Source: Curvularia clavata
Taxonomy: Eukaryota
DNA: 64,000 nucleotides
Direction of reading: 5' to 3'
NCBI GenBank assembly: GCA_023920165.1
Contig: CP089276.1
Location: 1,674,001-1,738,000, forward strand
Shown here: piece after piece, positions 12,384 to 25,203 of the stretch
Numbering within the stretch: position 1 is the stretch's first letter
Layout of the letters: every line of letters begins with the position of its first letter
Notes under the pieces: generated by a model
The model's database searches: none
Told to the model about the DNA's origin: nothing
Seen by the model: the letters and a program-made list of their open reading frames with translations, nothing else
Program-made: the position numbers and the translations under genes

Positions 12384-13213
12384 GGCTACGAATTGAGATG
12401 AGTGGAGATGGCGACAGCCGTGTGGTGGTGCTCTTCACTGCTGTCTTTGCTGAACGGAAGCTGTGTCGGGCAATCGGGATGCTGAATTGCTTTGCGCGCT
12501 AAGACGCCAAGTGTCACGTGGGGGCTCTCCAACACAGTGCACCTGCTTCACCACTTGTATACGGCCGTCTCATGCTGTTAGGGCCTGGAGCATGATTAAT
12601 TTTTCGCCCACTGATATTGCTCTTACTACATATAGAAGAAGAACGGTAGACTCGATGTTTTGACGTGACGTAATTAGGTGGACTTAGGCAGGAAGCAACG
12701 AAAGAAACAGGTGGCAAGCATTACTGAAGTCTCACGGAGCGAGACAGCGTCCTAAAGGGAAAAAAAGCACTCTGGTTTTTTTGCCGTTGCCTAGAGTTCC
12801 TTTGGTAGCCCTTCTGTGATGGATTGGCTAACGAGCTAGTGAGGTTGCGCATACCTGTTGCGGAGAGTTTCTGGGCCCAGATTTGGTGAAGGCCGAACGA
12901 CCGTGCGTTGGTGGACTTAGCAGTGAGCACAAGTGGTGGCTCCCTGGGGCGCTTCACTTAAACTCAGCATTCCTCTTTTTCCGCCCATCAATCTCCCACG
13001 CCCTTCGGTCCTGCCTCACCTTCCACCATTATCGCCTCGATTGCACTGTGAACTTGCCGTTGCCAGGCACACGCCTCTCCACAACCACTGCCCTTCTACA
13101 GGGCCACCTCCACTGCTTCGGCACGATCGACTCGATCTGCGACAAATCTCGCTGCATTCTCACGGCCTGTTTATTATCGCCCACAAGTCAAGCACGCGCC
13201 TGCAGCCGATACC

Positions 13214-16200
13214 ATGTCATCTTCAGGCGACGATACTCTCCTCGCGAAAGGGGCCGACCAAGGTGAGTTTATCGGAGACTGCACTTTTTGCGCGCGCTAC
13301 GGCTATCTCACTCTGACGCGCCGATCGCCTTTGCTGAACTTCACCATCACCACCCAGCCTACACCACCCTCAGCCACCCTCCACCTCGCCCATTTTGAAT
13401 TTATTCAACACGGATTTCACGGCACATACAAAGATTGAACAAAGCTAACGATAGTCCTTCTTGTAGTAAAGTCTGCGGAGCGAATCACCGACGCGGAAGA
13501 TAAGCAGATGGACGCGGAGGCACCTTCCAATGGCCATGTTGAGCCGGGCATCTCCATTCGCATGGGTCCCATCGACGACAGCAAGATGGATGTCGATGAG
13601 CCGGAGACAAATGGCAACGCCAACGGAAAGCGCAAGGCGCGCGCCAGCGTAGGGAACAGCAAATCCTACAAAGACGCGAGCAGCTCAGAGGACGACGACA
13701 AGCCTTTGGTGGGTTTCTTTGTGCCAGGTTCACGCACAGCGTGCTAAGCTAACCGTTCAGCAGAGCAAACGTCGGCGAACATCGCAGCAATCCAAGGCAG
13801 TCAAGGACGATTCCGACTCAGAACTCAGCGATGTGCCTCTGAAGGCTAGAGTGCTCCCCAAGGCGAGCGCGGAACAGATCGGAGAGTCGGCAGACTCCGA
13901 CGTGCCCTTGGCTACAAAGCTCACAAAGAAAAAGGAATCGATTGAAAAGGCTGCTGCAAAAGAGGCAAAGGCTATACGCAATAAAGAAAAGGCCCCTCCA
14001 AAGCGCAAACAAAAGGTCGAAAGCGATAGCGAGGACGACGTTCCTCTTGCCAAGAAGAAGGCTCCAGCAAAGAAGGCGAACGGCATAAAGAAAGAGGAGT
14101 CTGACTCGGATGCACCGCTTGCTAAGAAGGCTGCCCCAAAGACCAAGGGGAAGGCCGCGGCAGCGACCCCAGCGAAGAGCAAGGCCAAGCCAAAGAAAGA
14201 GACTGAGCAGGACCAGGAGGCCGAAGAGGAAGAGGAAGAATACCGCTGGTGGGAGGATCCAGGCAAGAGCGATGGCACGAGGAAGTGGGAAACTCTTGAA
14301 CATGCTGGTGTGGTTTTCCCTCCGGAATACGAGCCGCTTCCTAAGCATGTCAAGTTGATCTACGATGGGGTGCCTGTCACTCTGCACAAGGATGCCGAAG
14401 AGGTGGCCACCTTTTACGGAAGCATGCTCAACTCTACCCACAACGTTGAGAACCCGACCTTCAACAAGAACTTCTTTGAGGACTTCACTGCCATTCTAGA
14501 CAAGACTGGACACGGCAAAGACAAGAACGGAAACACTGTCAAGATCAAGAAGTTTGAGAAGTGTGACTTCAAGCCCATCTTCGAGTGGTTTGACTCTGAG
14601 CGCGCAAAGAAGAAGGCCCTCTCGGCGGCTGAGAAGAAGGCGCTGAAGGCCGAGAAGGAGGCCGCCGAGGCTCCATACATGTACTGCATGTGGGACGGTC
14701 GTAAGCAAAAGGTTGGCAACTTCCGCGTTGAACCCCCAGGTCTCTTCCGTGGTCGTGGCGAGCACCCCAAGACAGGTCGTGTCAAGAAGCGGGTTATGCC
14801 TGAGCAAATCACCATCAACATTGGTGAGAATGCCAAAGTCCCCGAGCCACCTGCGGGTCATCGTTGGAAGGAGGTCAAGCACGATCACGAGGGCACATGG
14901 CTTGCCATGTGGCAAGAGAACATCAACGGGGCCTACAAGTACGTCATGCTTGCTGCCAACTCTGATATCAAGGGCCAGAGTGACTTCAAGAAGTTTGAGA
15001 AGGCTCGAGAACTCAAGAAGCACATTGACCGCATCCGCAAAGACTACCGAAAGGACCTGAACTCCAAGATGATGGCTGATCGCCAACGTGCTACGGCCAT
15101 TTACCTGATTGATCAGTTTGCCCTTCGTGCCGGTAACGAAAAGGGCGAAGACGAGGCGGATACGGTGGGTTGCTGTTCGCTCAAGTTCCAGCACATTACT
15201 CTGAGGCCGCCTGAGACTGTCATCTTCGACTTCTTGGGTAAGGACAGTATTCGGTTCTACGACGAAGTCAAGGTGGACCCGCAAGTTTTCAAGAACCTGA
15301 AGCTGTTCAAGAAGGAACCCAAGACGACTGGTGACGACATCTTTGACCGCTTGACCACGTCTGCGCTCAACAAGCATCTCACGAGCTACATGCCTGGCCT
15401 CACTGCCAAGGTGTTCCGTACCTACAACGCGTCTTATACCATGGCTAGGCTGCTAAAGGAGATGAAGCCTACGGGTACTATCCAAGAGAAGGTCAAGGCG
15501 TACAATGACGCCAACCGTGAGGTTGCTATTCTTTGTAACCACAAGCGTACCGTTGCTGCTAACCACGCCAATTCGATTGAGAAGATGACGGAGAAGGTGA
15601 GATTGTTTGCTGCATTTTCCCGGGGATTTTACTAACCGGCATAGATTAATGGTCTTCGTTACCAAGTATGGCGCACCAAGATGATGATGATCGACGTGGA
15701 CCCCAAGATCAAGAAGAAAAAGGGGGCCGAATACTTTGAGCGACCCGAGGATCTCACCATGGAGTGGGTCAAGGCGCACCAGGATGCCGAGGTGGAGGAG
15801 ATGCGCCAGAAGATCATCAAGAAGTTTGAAAAGGAGAACGAGAAGCTCAAGGCCGACGGCGAGAAGGAGATGAAGCCCAAGGAGCTCGAGGAACGTCTTG
15901 AAAAGGCCGAGGAGCTTGCGGCCAAGTACAAGAAGGAGAACAAGACTGGCAAGGTGGAGGCTGAGGGCAAGGGCCCGACGATTGAGAAGCTCGAGGCCAA
16001 CATTGACAAGCTCCACCAGCGGATTGAGAACATGAAGATCCAGATGGAAGACAAGGAGGGCAACAAGGAGGTTGCGCTGGGCACGTCGAAGATTGTAAGT
16101 TGTTGCGAATGGGTGGTGCGGGGAGCGGGTTGCTAACGATTTGCAGAACTACATTGACCCGCGTCTTACCGTGGTGTTTTCCAAGAAGTTTGACGTGCCT

Positions 16201-16281
16201 ATTGAGAGGTTCTTCTCCAAGACTCTGCGAGAGAAGTTTGACTGGGCCATCAAATCTGTCGATGAGGACTGGGAGTTTTAG
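13214..16281 (+). CDS. TOP1: DNA topoisomerase I (type IB)
   Basis: [38 protein letters not shown], and catalytic SKI|NYIDPR across the last intron. Introns 13263-13466, 13709-13760/13763, 15597-15644, 16095-16146. Confidence 0.97.
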
Positions 16282-16306
16282 AGAAGAGAGAGAGAGAGAG
16301 AAAGAG
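16280..16306. repeat. (GA)n microsatellite at the TOP1 stop codon
   Basis: agagaagagagagagagagagaaagag. Confidence 0.8.
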
Positions 16307-17938
16307 CAAACAAAGAGCGAGTGGCATTTTCATACGTCTTCGGGCACGTTCCTAGGGCTGGTTGCATAGTTTGTTATGGTAGAGAGCATTACGAGTGGCA
16401 TGAAGGCGAAGACCAAAAGCATGGCATTTCTTGTACAGGGGCCAGGATGCCAAAGGGGTAGGGTTTGGCAGACATGGGGGGGGGGATTCTTTTCAGATGT
16501 GATTATGTGATTTAGGACAGTATTTGCTTGCATGTGGAGGGGTTCATTTATTTGCTAGCCAGAATTATTGACATTTGCATAAGAGTGGAGCGAATCATGA
16601 AGATGAAGTGATGTGAGTGCGTCAAGGAAGGAAGGAAGGAAGGATGCATATGCAAGTGCGGGTCGATCACGAGGGGGTGCGGCTTGCATGCATGAACACG
16701 GTGTTGGCGGTGCAAGAGGCTTCTGGCGTTGTCGACGTTGAAGCAGCATGTCACTGCTGGCTGCATGGGACAATGGCATGCATGGGACGGCAGATGACGA
16801 GGCGTGCGGGGCGGGGGAACAAAGGCAGCGAGGCAGTGATGTGGTCATGCCGTGGTTAGTGCTATGGCAATGACACGAGGCCAAGGCATCGATTGCATTG
16901 TCTAATGCGGCCGTGGTTAGTGGTCCGCGGAGGCTGGTGGTGACGAGAGGTCAAGGTACATGGATAGGTACATAGATAGGGACCCCCAGACGCAGACGCA
17001 GACGCATAACATAGCGCGTCCCCAGTGCAACGTCGACGGCGAGCCTCGAGGCCGGGGAAGGCTGCCTGCCCCTGAGACGACTCCCCACTTTGGGCTGTCA
17101 TGGACGTGACTTGGGTGGTTCAGCGGGAGCGAGCCGGCACGCCCTTCACCGCCCGCCTGACTGCTCTCAACTCATGTTCATCTCCCGCCGCAGCCGCCTC
17201 TCTGTATTCACCACCATGTCCACCCACACGCCCACGCCCACACCCACCACGCCCGCGGCCATCACGTCATGCCGTCACGCCCGTCTGACGTGCCGCAACA
17301 AGGCCGCGCGCACAGCAGAGGCCCTCAGACGTCCCCTCTGCCTGAACACCCGCGGCGTGGGCGAACCATGAGGGTGCTAGTCTCGGTCCGCTTGCGGCGC
17401 CAGTGGCAGTGGTCCAAGCCACAAGTGCCCAACTACGCCCGCCCGCCCATGGACGAGGGGGTTAGCTATCCTTTTTCCCATGCCACCTCGACAAAAGTCA
17501 ACTTTGCGCCTACGACATCCCCCCTGCCCGTCAATGAGTCGCATTGATTACGCCAGGATTATATGACATCGTCGTGCCGCGGTACCCTCCCTCTTGGAGC
17601 CTCTGCCCTCTTTGCGGGTTCCCACTAGTCTTCTCGTCCCAAACCCACGGCGGCCACCAAGCTGCCAAACACCCAGCCCAGCCCTATCACCCACACGCTC
17701 CCAACTGCACAGAGGCCTCGCCCTGCCACGAGCCACGCCACGCACTCTTCTTTTATCGGTTCGCCTACTGCAACCAGGCGCCCGGCGTCTGAGCGCTGAG
17801 CATTGAACACGATCCGCAACCCCCGATTTTCAACTTTACAAGACACCATCCGCCCACTGCGTTGCCCCAAATTCTCCTAGCGATCTTGCTGTGCACTCTG
17901 TTTGCCTAACAAGATCGATCCCTGACGCGACCTTCACC

Positions 17939-19368
17939 ATGGCCTCAGAAAAGCCTTCGGTCCTGATAATAGGTGGTCTCGGTAACGCTGCCCTCTCCAA
18001 TCCACGCCCACCCACATAGCACCCCACGACTAACCATGCCCTGCTAGGCTACACCGGACGACACCTCTGCAAGTACATTTACGACAACAACCTCGCTTCC
18101 CAAATACGCATCGTCGACAAGCACCTCCCAGAGCTGGCATGGCTGGCTCCAGAGTTCAAGGAGGCTTGCTCAAGAGAGCGCTTCATCCAGGCCGACGCGG
18201 CCCAAGAACGTGCGTATTCCCGGCCCACTGCTTGTACAATGTGTCCACAACATGCAAGCATACGCACATGCACACCGACATGCCTATCCACGGGCAATTC
18301 CAGGCTGACTTTGTTCCTGCAGGATCTATGCCACGAATATTCGACCGTGAAGGTGGCGGTGAATTCGACTATGTCTTCAACTGCGGCGGCGAGACTCGCT
18401 TCTCCCAGGAGGAAAAGGTTTACGAACTGCGCTCCTACGGCCTCTCCATGACCCTCGGCCGCGAAGCCGCAAAGCGCAAAGTAAAATGTTTCGTCGAAAT
18501 CAGCACCGGCATGGTCTACAAGCCTGACAGCGTACCCCGCAAGGAGACTGATAAGACGAAACCCTGGTCAAACATGGCAAAGTGGAAGCTCAAGGCTGAA
18601 GAGGACCTGGCCAAGATCGACGGCCTCAACCTCATGGTGATGCGAATGGCCCACGTGTACGGCCCCTACACGAGCAAATTCCTCAGCACAGCGCTGTGCA
18701 TGGCAAGGGTATACCAGAGCATGGGCAAGGAGATGCGTTTCCTGTGGAAAGAAGACCTGCGGACAAACCTGGTGCACATTGAGGACTCTACCAGGGCGCT
18801 GTGGCATGGTGTCGAGTGGTATGCTAAATCAGCAACCGGCCGCCGACCAGCGCCCATCTTTAACATTGTAGACCACGGCAATACTTGTATGTTGCTCATT
18901 CTCGATACTTTCTACTCGTCTCCATTGCTCACATTATCCTCTAGCACAAAAACAAACGGCCAAGATCATCAACGAAATTTTCAACATTCCAACCGGCTTT
19001 CACGGCACACTCATCTCGGCCTTTGCACGGTTAAACCTCGACCACGTAGTCGACGAGGTCAACGACGAAACACTAGACCCCTGGGCGGAGCTCCAATCAA
19101 AGGCCGGCATCAGCCAGTCCACGCCCCTGACGCCCTACATGGAGAAGGAGGTGCTGAAAGACGCAGATCTGAGCATGGATGGTAGTGCGTTTGAGAAGGA
19201 AACAGGATTCAAGTACGTTACAATCTTCACTCATGACCTTGGGCACATTGCCAGTCATACAAGTAGACAAGCGACTGACCTACCTCCAGATACAACGTGG
19301 AACAGATTACAAAGGAAAAGGTCGAGGAAGTCATTGAGAGCTACAAGAAGATGGGCTGGTGGCCGTAG
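17939..19368 (+). CDS. NAD-dependent epimerase/dehydratase (extended SDR-like)
   Basis: Rossmann motif VLIIGGLGYTGRHL after splicing; RMAHVYGPY; NLVHIED. Introns 17982-18047, 18210-18322, 18887-18944, 19213-19289. Confidence 0.8.
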
Positions 19369-20340
19369 TTTTGCCCTGCCATACCTGATCCCCAGGCGCG
19401 CGCCCCACTCTTTTCCCATATCACTTTCCAACGATACCCTTTCTCTCTTGCCACCAATTATATTCGTCTTTTTTTTCACTTTATCTGCTTTTGTTCTCTC
19501 TAACACGCACGCGTGACATAAACCCATTTAGAATACCTTTTCCTCTCAACCTTCATTTCCCAACCCCCTCCCATTTGTCTACTTATACCCTGGCTGAAAC
19601 AGCGACATGATCATCCTATTGGTGAAGACCGAAAAAAGACTATCCACTGCACCCAATGCGCCTTCAACTATACATAAACGCACGTACACACCCCGGGAAA
19701 TGGGACGTTTACAACTACACCACTGAACTAGGACCAGGCATTGTCGTACTGGAGTGTTTTGAGCAATTGCTATCACGTCTTCTTTCTTCTCTTTTTATCT
19801 ACCACCATTTGGTCAGGGAGGCTTCACGCACTCGAGGATCATGTATGGATATGCATGGAGCGGGGTAACGGTGAAATATGTCTTTTCCGCCATGTCATTT
19901 TCTTTCCCCTCTTCCTCACTGCGCCTAGTTTTTGGACTTTTTTTTTCCCTTTACATGGGGGAGTTTGACAGTCTCGTTTGTATACGAATGGGTGCGTCAG
20001 TGTAATATCTTGTCTTGCATGGTGCTGGCTCTTTCGAATCATGAGTAATCGTTGTTATCCTGGTGAGGGGTAGAGTCAAACAGAGCACTCCTGTAGTAAA
20101 GTGCCATTCTTGCATATTCAATGGTAGTCCTAGGAAATTCAAGCATCACCGCAACACGACTCTCGTTGAGAATGCAACCACACATTGACTACAGGAGCTA
20201 ACCCAAATTTGAAGACACAATGAGATTGATTGGGCCGTTTACCCAAGCCTAAGGTACTCTATATTGAACGAGCCTGACTATTGCACAGATTGATGTAACA
20301 TTGGGTTGCAACTTGGCCCATTGGGATGCTTCTAGGTCGC

Positions 20341-21239
20341 TTATGCCTTCTGGGAGACGATCCCTAAATCTTTGTTAGCATGTGACATTCAAATCCGTCT
20401 GGGTTCCAAAAAACGCACTCTCAACGTCAGAAACGCTCTGGTCAAGAATCTGCTTGAGCGTCTTGGGGTTCTCAAGCTCCTTCTCGATCTTGGCAATGAT
20501 GGACTCGGCAAGCTCGCGCTGCTGCCTCTGCTTGACCTGGCCCTCGTAGCGGACCCACGAGTCGAGGACAGACCTGGCCTCAGCGGCAATGGCAGTCTTC
20601 TGCTCAAGCTCGAAAGCCTGGGCCTCAAGCTGGGCGGTCTCCTGTGAAAATGATCAGTCTGCTGCCCCTCCATCTCCCATATGCAATTGACGCACCTTGG
20701 AAACCTCGAAAAGGGTCTTGGTAACGTCAATGACGCTGCTGAGGTCCTGGACGCTCTCAATGCGCTGCTTGACAGCCGCAGTGTGGTCCTGACGGGCAGA
20801 GTTCAAGATGCCCGAGATCTTCTCCATCTGCTGCTGCGCATAGTCTCCCCAGGCGGGGCCAGCGTACTTGGCAACGGCCCAGAAGATGGTGAGCAGAGAG
20901 AGGGCGACGATCGACTCCTCGTTGACGACGTAGAGCTCGTTGCTGATGGCTGCGACCGAAAGACCGGCTCCGGCGGAGAGGACGGCGGCCTTGGTGAGAG
21001 GGCTGTTTCCAGGGACGGGTATCGAGTCGAGGAGGGACTGGGCCTTCTTCTTGGGGTCCTCCTGCGGCAGGTTCGAGTTGTAGCGGGCCTGCATGCTCAT
21101 CGAGGGCAGGGCGCGGAGAGGAAGCGATGGGCGGAGACGGGCGGCGCCTGTTGTGCGTGAGCAGTGGGGTCAATGGCATCGCATCTTCATCGGAACGCTG
21201 CTACTCACCGACCGCGCTCCTTGCAAGACGTGAGGCCAT
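20341..21239 (-). CDS. ATP4: Mitochondrial ATP synthase subunit 4 (b)
   Basis: Presequence MASRLARSAV; DPKKKAQSLLDS, AISNELYVVNEES, TKTLFEVSK. Introns 21148-21208, 20642-20695, 20364-20418. Confidence 0.93.
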
Positions 21240-21462
21240 GGCTGTCTGATGGAGGGGGTGCAGTTGGGGGTGCTGGTCGTCGTCGAGAGCTAGCTTTTCG
21301 TGATGTTGCGGTACCAAACCTGAGCCAAGCACCGACGACCGATTGCGCTAACCGAACTTCGCCCGGCCCGCGGGCCTTGAACTTTTTGGCATCGACAACT
21401 TTTTTTTGCGACGGCGCGCCAATTCCACACAACCACGTTGAGACGGAAGGATCAGACGAAAG

Positions 21463-23222
21463 ATGCCGGGTACAAAGTCCGCCGCTGTGTCTGGGGTCAA
21501 GAGGAAGAGGGACCTGAGCAAGCCTGAGCGCGGCGAATCAAAGTCCAAGAGCCGGCGCAAGTCGCCCAGCGAAGACGGCAACGACACCGAAGACGTGCAA
21601 TCCGAAATCCTACAGCTCGAGGCCCAGATTCTCGAATCGCGGAAACACTACAACAACATTGCGGCTCTTTTGCAGCGGGCGAGACAATCAGACGCCGAGA
21701 ATGAAGGTCCTATACTTGCTGCAGTCGCGCTCTGCCGAGTCTTTTCTCGACTTTTGGTGACAGGCGACATGGTGAAGAGCAAAGGCATGAGCGAGGCAGA
21801 GGGTGTCATTGTATCGTGGCTCAAGGAGCGCTACAAGGAGCTCTGCAAGCTGCTTTTGGACGACTTCCTCCGCAGCGAGCACCCGCCAAAGCAGTCTGTA
21901 GCTCTGACCCTGCTCATGCGACTGGTCAAGGAGGAAGCAAAGTCGCAAAAGGACTACAAGATCAAGAACGGGCCTCTCCCTCGCCTTATTGACGTTCTAC
22001 TCCGTCTCCCCTCGGACGACCTGAACCGTGAGGAGTTTGTGGAGAAGTACCTCAAGCAGTTTGATGATATTCGGTACCAGACGTTCCAAACAATCAAGTA
22101 AGTGCACGTATTTCTTCAAATAAAGGTTGTCTTCTGACATGCGTAGAAACACACTTGACGAAGACTTGGACATCACTACACGGCAGTTGGTAGCCGCAAA
22201 CAGCATGTCTTTGCTGTCCATGCTCGACCAAGTCCCCAAATCCAAGAGCGAAATCCAGAACTTTTACGTCGAGATACAAGGGAAGAGCCCGATTCCGTCT
22301 CTTCAGGCATACAAGGAAAAGGCACAGGCAGCGTGGTTGGCGACGATGCGCACCGGTCTCTCAAAAGAGCAGCGAAAGTCTATCCTGACCACCTTTTCCT
22401 ATCAGATTGCGCCTTGGTTCCAGCAGCCTGAGATCCTGTCCGACTTTTTGACTGACTCGTACAACGTGGGTGGCGCGACGTCCCTGCTCGCCTTGTCTGG
22501 AATCTACTACCTCATCTCGGAAAAGAACCTCGACTACCCTTCTTTCTATTATAAGCTCTACTCGCTACTCGACGATGGGCTTTTGCATTCGAAGCACCGT
22601 TCACGCTTTTTCCGCCTCCTGGATACCTTCATGTCCTCGTCACATTTGCCAGCCACGCTTGTCGCCAGCTTCATCAAGCGTCTTTCGCGTCTGGCACTCC
22701 ACGGACCGCCGGCCGGTATCGTCGTTGTAGTGCCTTGGGTGTACAACATGTTCAAACGCCATCCTGCGTGCACATTCATGATGCACCGCGAGATGCGAGA
22801 TCCAGAGCTGAAGAAAGAGGTAGAAGAAGAGGGCATGGACGACCCGTTCGACATGAACGAGCCGGACCCGTTTCTGACCAATGCGATTGAAAGCAGCGTC
22901 TGGGAACTGGTGGCCTTGCAGTCGCACTACCACCCTAACGTCGCTACACTAGCCAAGATCATCTCAGAGCAATTCACCAAGCGATCATACAACCTAGAGG
23001 ACTTTTTGGACCATTCGTACACTGCAGTAAGTCCAACCAACAGTATTTGTACATGAAGTATTTGATGCTAACGGCTGTGTGTAGCTCCTCGACGTCGAAC
23101 TAGACCGCGAGCTCAAGAAGGAGCCGGAAATCGAGTTTGAAATCCCAAAGCGCATTCTGACGGCCGACGAAGGGCTGAACCCTATGGGTCAGCTTTTGAC
23201 GCACGTGATTGAGGCGAGGTGA
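21463..23222 (+). CDS. NOC4: Nucleolar complex protein 4 (CBF/Mak21 domain)
   Basis: NLDYPSFYYKLYSLLD, SSHLPATLVASFIKRLSRLAL, SSVWELVALQSHYHPNV. Introns 22098-22146 and 23027-23084. Confidence 0.93.
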
Positions 23223-24609
23223 TTGGGTAGGTGAGAGGGGCTGGTTAGCTTAGATGGAAGACAAAAGGAAGAATGATACCCTCTGTTCGCTATCTCACGG
23301 TTGCTTTCCACGACGCGTGTTCTTGACAGCCAGACAGCTAGTGCAGCGTCTTGCATATTGATTTAGACGTCAGGATATGCATGCATGGCGATCGTAACAA
23401 TGGATTCAACGCCCACGTGCCTGGACGTCTACGCCTGCAGATGCACGAGTCGAATGCATTAGAGGCCATGAGACTACACCTCGTTCATAGCACAACCGAA
23501 AGCGTTGTTATCATATTATTTGTTTCTGTTTTGTTTTTTTGGGCTCTTGATGAAAGCTATAGTCCACGCAAATATATCTACCTTTTCCGACTTGGTTACT
23601 TACTCCGTACTCCTATTCAACAAGCTGAATCGCCACTTTCAACCCTCCCCTCACCCCTTTCTGACCCCCTTGTTCAATACCACAATCATTATTGCTTTAT
23701 CACGCACACAACACCCATTTTTCATCTCTTTGCGATAACGTCTCAGTGGCCAAGACCATGTTGTCCGCTGGTTCATGTCAGGCGGGATGTTCTAGTGGCG
23801 GCGACCAGGCATAGCCGTCTGTGCATAGCGGTACCTAGCGCCAGGGCTAGACTAGCGAACAAAAGGAACTGCGTGCCTGTGCTTGGTTGCTTATTCTCCA
23901 TGGGTTCGGGGGTTCCAGGGTACCTGCAGAGTGTCTTGGGTGGTTCAGGGGGAAGGAAGGGGTTGCAGCAAGGAGACGAAAGTGCATGTGGGTCACTTGT
24001 ACGGCTCATTTTCGTCACGGGTGATGTTGTTGAGGTGGCCAAGATGGCGATGGTGGTAATACACGTGACGTGCGATCGTCAGGCACCCAAACAAAGAGGC
24101 AATCGCACTCTATTGCTCCATTACTGACCCCAGCCCATGCAAGCCATAATGTTTCATCTATACTGTTATTACAGCACAATCCCAACGGGGTAGTGGAGAA
24201 CCCGGGGGATTGTTTTCATCACACATCACAGCATGGTAGTTCAAAGCAAGATTTTTGGGGCAGACACCACCTTTCGGCGCGTCCGCAATAGCTTGTATTG
24301 GTTATTAACGAGCTATAAACATGAAGTTATTCGGCATCCCATGGGGGCCATGGAGACATTTCGCATTAAGTTGGATTCATGAAGACAATCCTGTTTCTCC
24401 CCCGATTGCACACGCCGTGTCCCAATAATTAAACCCCAGTCATGGCAATTATGCTGTCAAAAAAAGAAGTTGGTACTCCGGTATTGGGCCTCTAAAACAA
24501 AACAGTTGCAACCCAGAGTCGTGATGATTGCTGGTGTATAATGAAGAATGGAGAAAGGGTCGATGACCAAACTTGGCCAAAGACGGACATGGTGAAGGCC
24601 GGAACGCGT

Positions 24610-25203
24610 TTAAGCGAAGACGGCGGCACCAATGGCGAGGACAAGGCCACCGAAGGAGACCATGTTGATGGCGCCGGCACCGGCGCTGGCCTCTGGGACG
24701 CTGGAGCTGGAGGTTGGGCTGCTGGAGCCACCGGTGGAGCCAGAAGAGCCAGAGCCAGAAGAGCCAGAGGCGCTAGCAGCAGGGCTGCTGGGCGAGGCGC
24801 CACTGCCAGTAGCAGCGGGAACGGTAGCGTTGCCGCCGCTGGGAGGAGTGACGATAGGAGTGGTGCCAGGAGCGCCAGGAGCAATGGGAGTAGCAGTGGG
24901 GACAACTACGGAAGAGCCTTGGGGTGTATGTTAGTATCATGTGAAGGACAGTGCAAGAGATTGGCAGTAAAACTTACCAGGAACCAGGACAGAAGAGGCG
25001 CCTGGGACGACAGGAGCCGATGGGGCAGAGACGGCTGGGACAGAAGCTCCTTCAGAGGAAACCACAGAGGGCATGGGGACGGGAGTGGCAGGAGGAGCCT
25101 GGATCTGGCCATCGGAGATCTGGGAGATGGGCTGGACCGAGTACTGAGGAACAGCGGCAACGGCGCCGGCGAGGAGGGCGACAGAGGCGGCGGAGAAACG
25201 CAT
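24610..25203 (-). CDS. Secreted Ser/Pro/Ala-rich GPI-anchored cell-wall protein with one PIR repeat
   Basis: Signal peptide MRFSAASVALLAGAVAA; PIR-type ISQISDGQIQA; C-terminal GPI signal AGAGAINMVSFGGLVLAIGAAVFA. Intron 24918-24977 (GTAAGT..CTAAC..AAG). Confidence 0.85.
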
